Shown here: positions 63,661 to 64,000 of the stretch, in pieces
Layout: every line of letters starts with the position of its first letter
Numbering within the stretch: position 1 is the stretch's first letter
Assembly (NCBI RefSeq): GCF_964355755.1
Contig: NC_092674.1
Location: 23,560,001-23,624,000, forward strand
Origin: Antedon mediterranea
Lineage: Eukaryota > Animalia > Echinodermata
DNA length: 64,000 nucleotides
Direction of reading: 5' to 3'
Made by a program: the position numbers and the translations under genes
Notes under the pieces: model-generated
What the model was told of the DNA's origin: nothing
Database searches by the model: none
The model's input: the letters and a program-made list of their open reading frames with translations, nothing else

Positions 63661-64000
63661 AATAAAGTAATGAATAGACTTTTCAAAACAAAAAATATGA
63701 AATTTAAATAATATTACGAAATTAGGAACTCCAAAAACAACAACAGACAGATAATATCCAAATATGTAAATAATAAAGAAGTTTACAAAGAACCTTCAAA
63801 CAATAATAGTTTTAATTTACGTTTAAATAAAAAAAAAACAGTTACGTGATTCCAGAGTGTAAGTCCAACTATAGTTTGTTTTCAAGGATGATTGTTCTTA
63901 TGTTAAGCAGCAAGACCACCATTTTCAATATTTAGCTGAAAAAACTGTAATTTTAAGCAAAATGAATAGTTAAATTGGCTGCCCGCTGTTAATTTAACCG

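Overview
AT-rich, intron-rich animal DNA, probably an invertebrate deuterostome such as an echinoderm (inferred from gene content and SINE types). It is not prokaryotic, and most entries in the ORF track are spurious or exon fragments. I reconstructed three genes by hand from splice sites and reading-frame phase. (1) SLC10A7 on the minus strand: 10 constant coding exons at 15905-2533 plus two alternative C-terminal exons at 1546-1480 and 562-487. (2) OBI1/RNF219 RING E3 ligase on the plus strand: 7 exons at 16161-32481, about 592 aa, head-to-head with SLC10A7 across about 240 bp. (3) The first coding exon of a POU4/Brn3 neural transcription factor at 53448-53561 (+), missed by the ORF track; its POU domain presumably lies beyond the window. 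The main result is the order SLC10A7(-) / OBI1(+) / POU4(+). It joins the neighbours of human POU4F2 (SLC10A7) and POU4F1 (OBI1) in the same relative orientations, so it looks like the pre-genome-duplication POU4 locus. About 21 kb of non-coding DNA between OBI1 and POU4 carries CpG-rich candidate enhancers and paralogous non-coding exons. Other points: an apparent 1-nt frameshift or overlapping uORF at the POU4 start, 32-56 bp P-element-like micro-MITEs, a Helitron, Helentron-like elements, SINEs, Kolobok/Harbinger/Tc1 MITEs and several tandem repeats.
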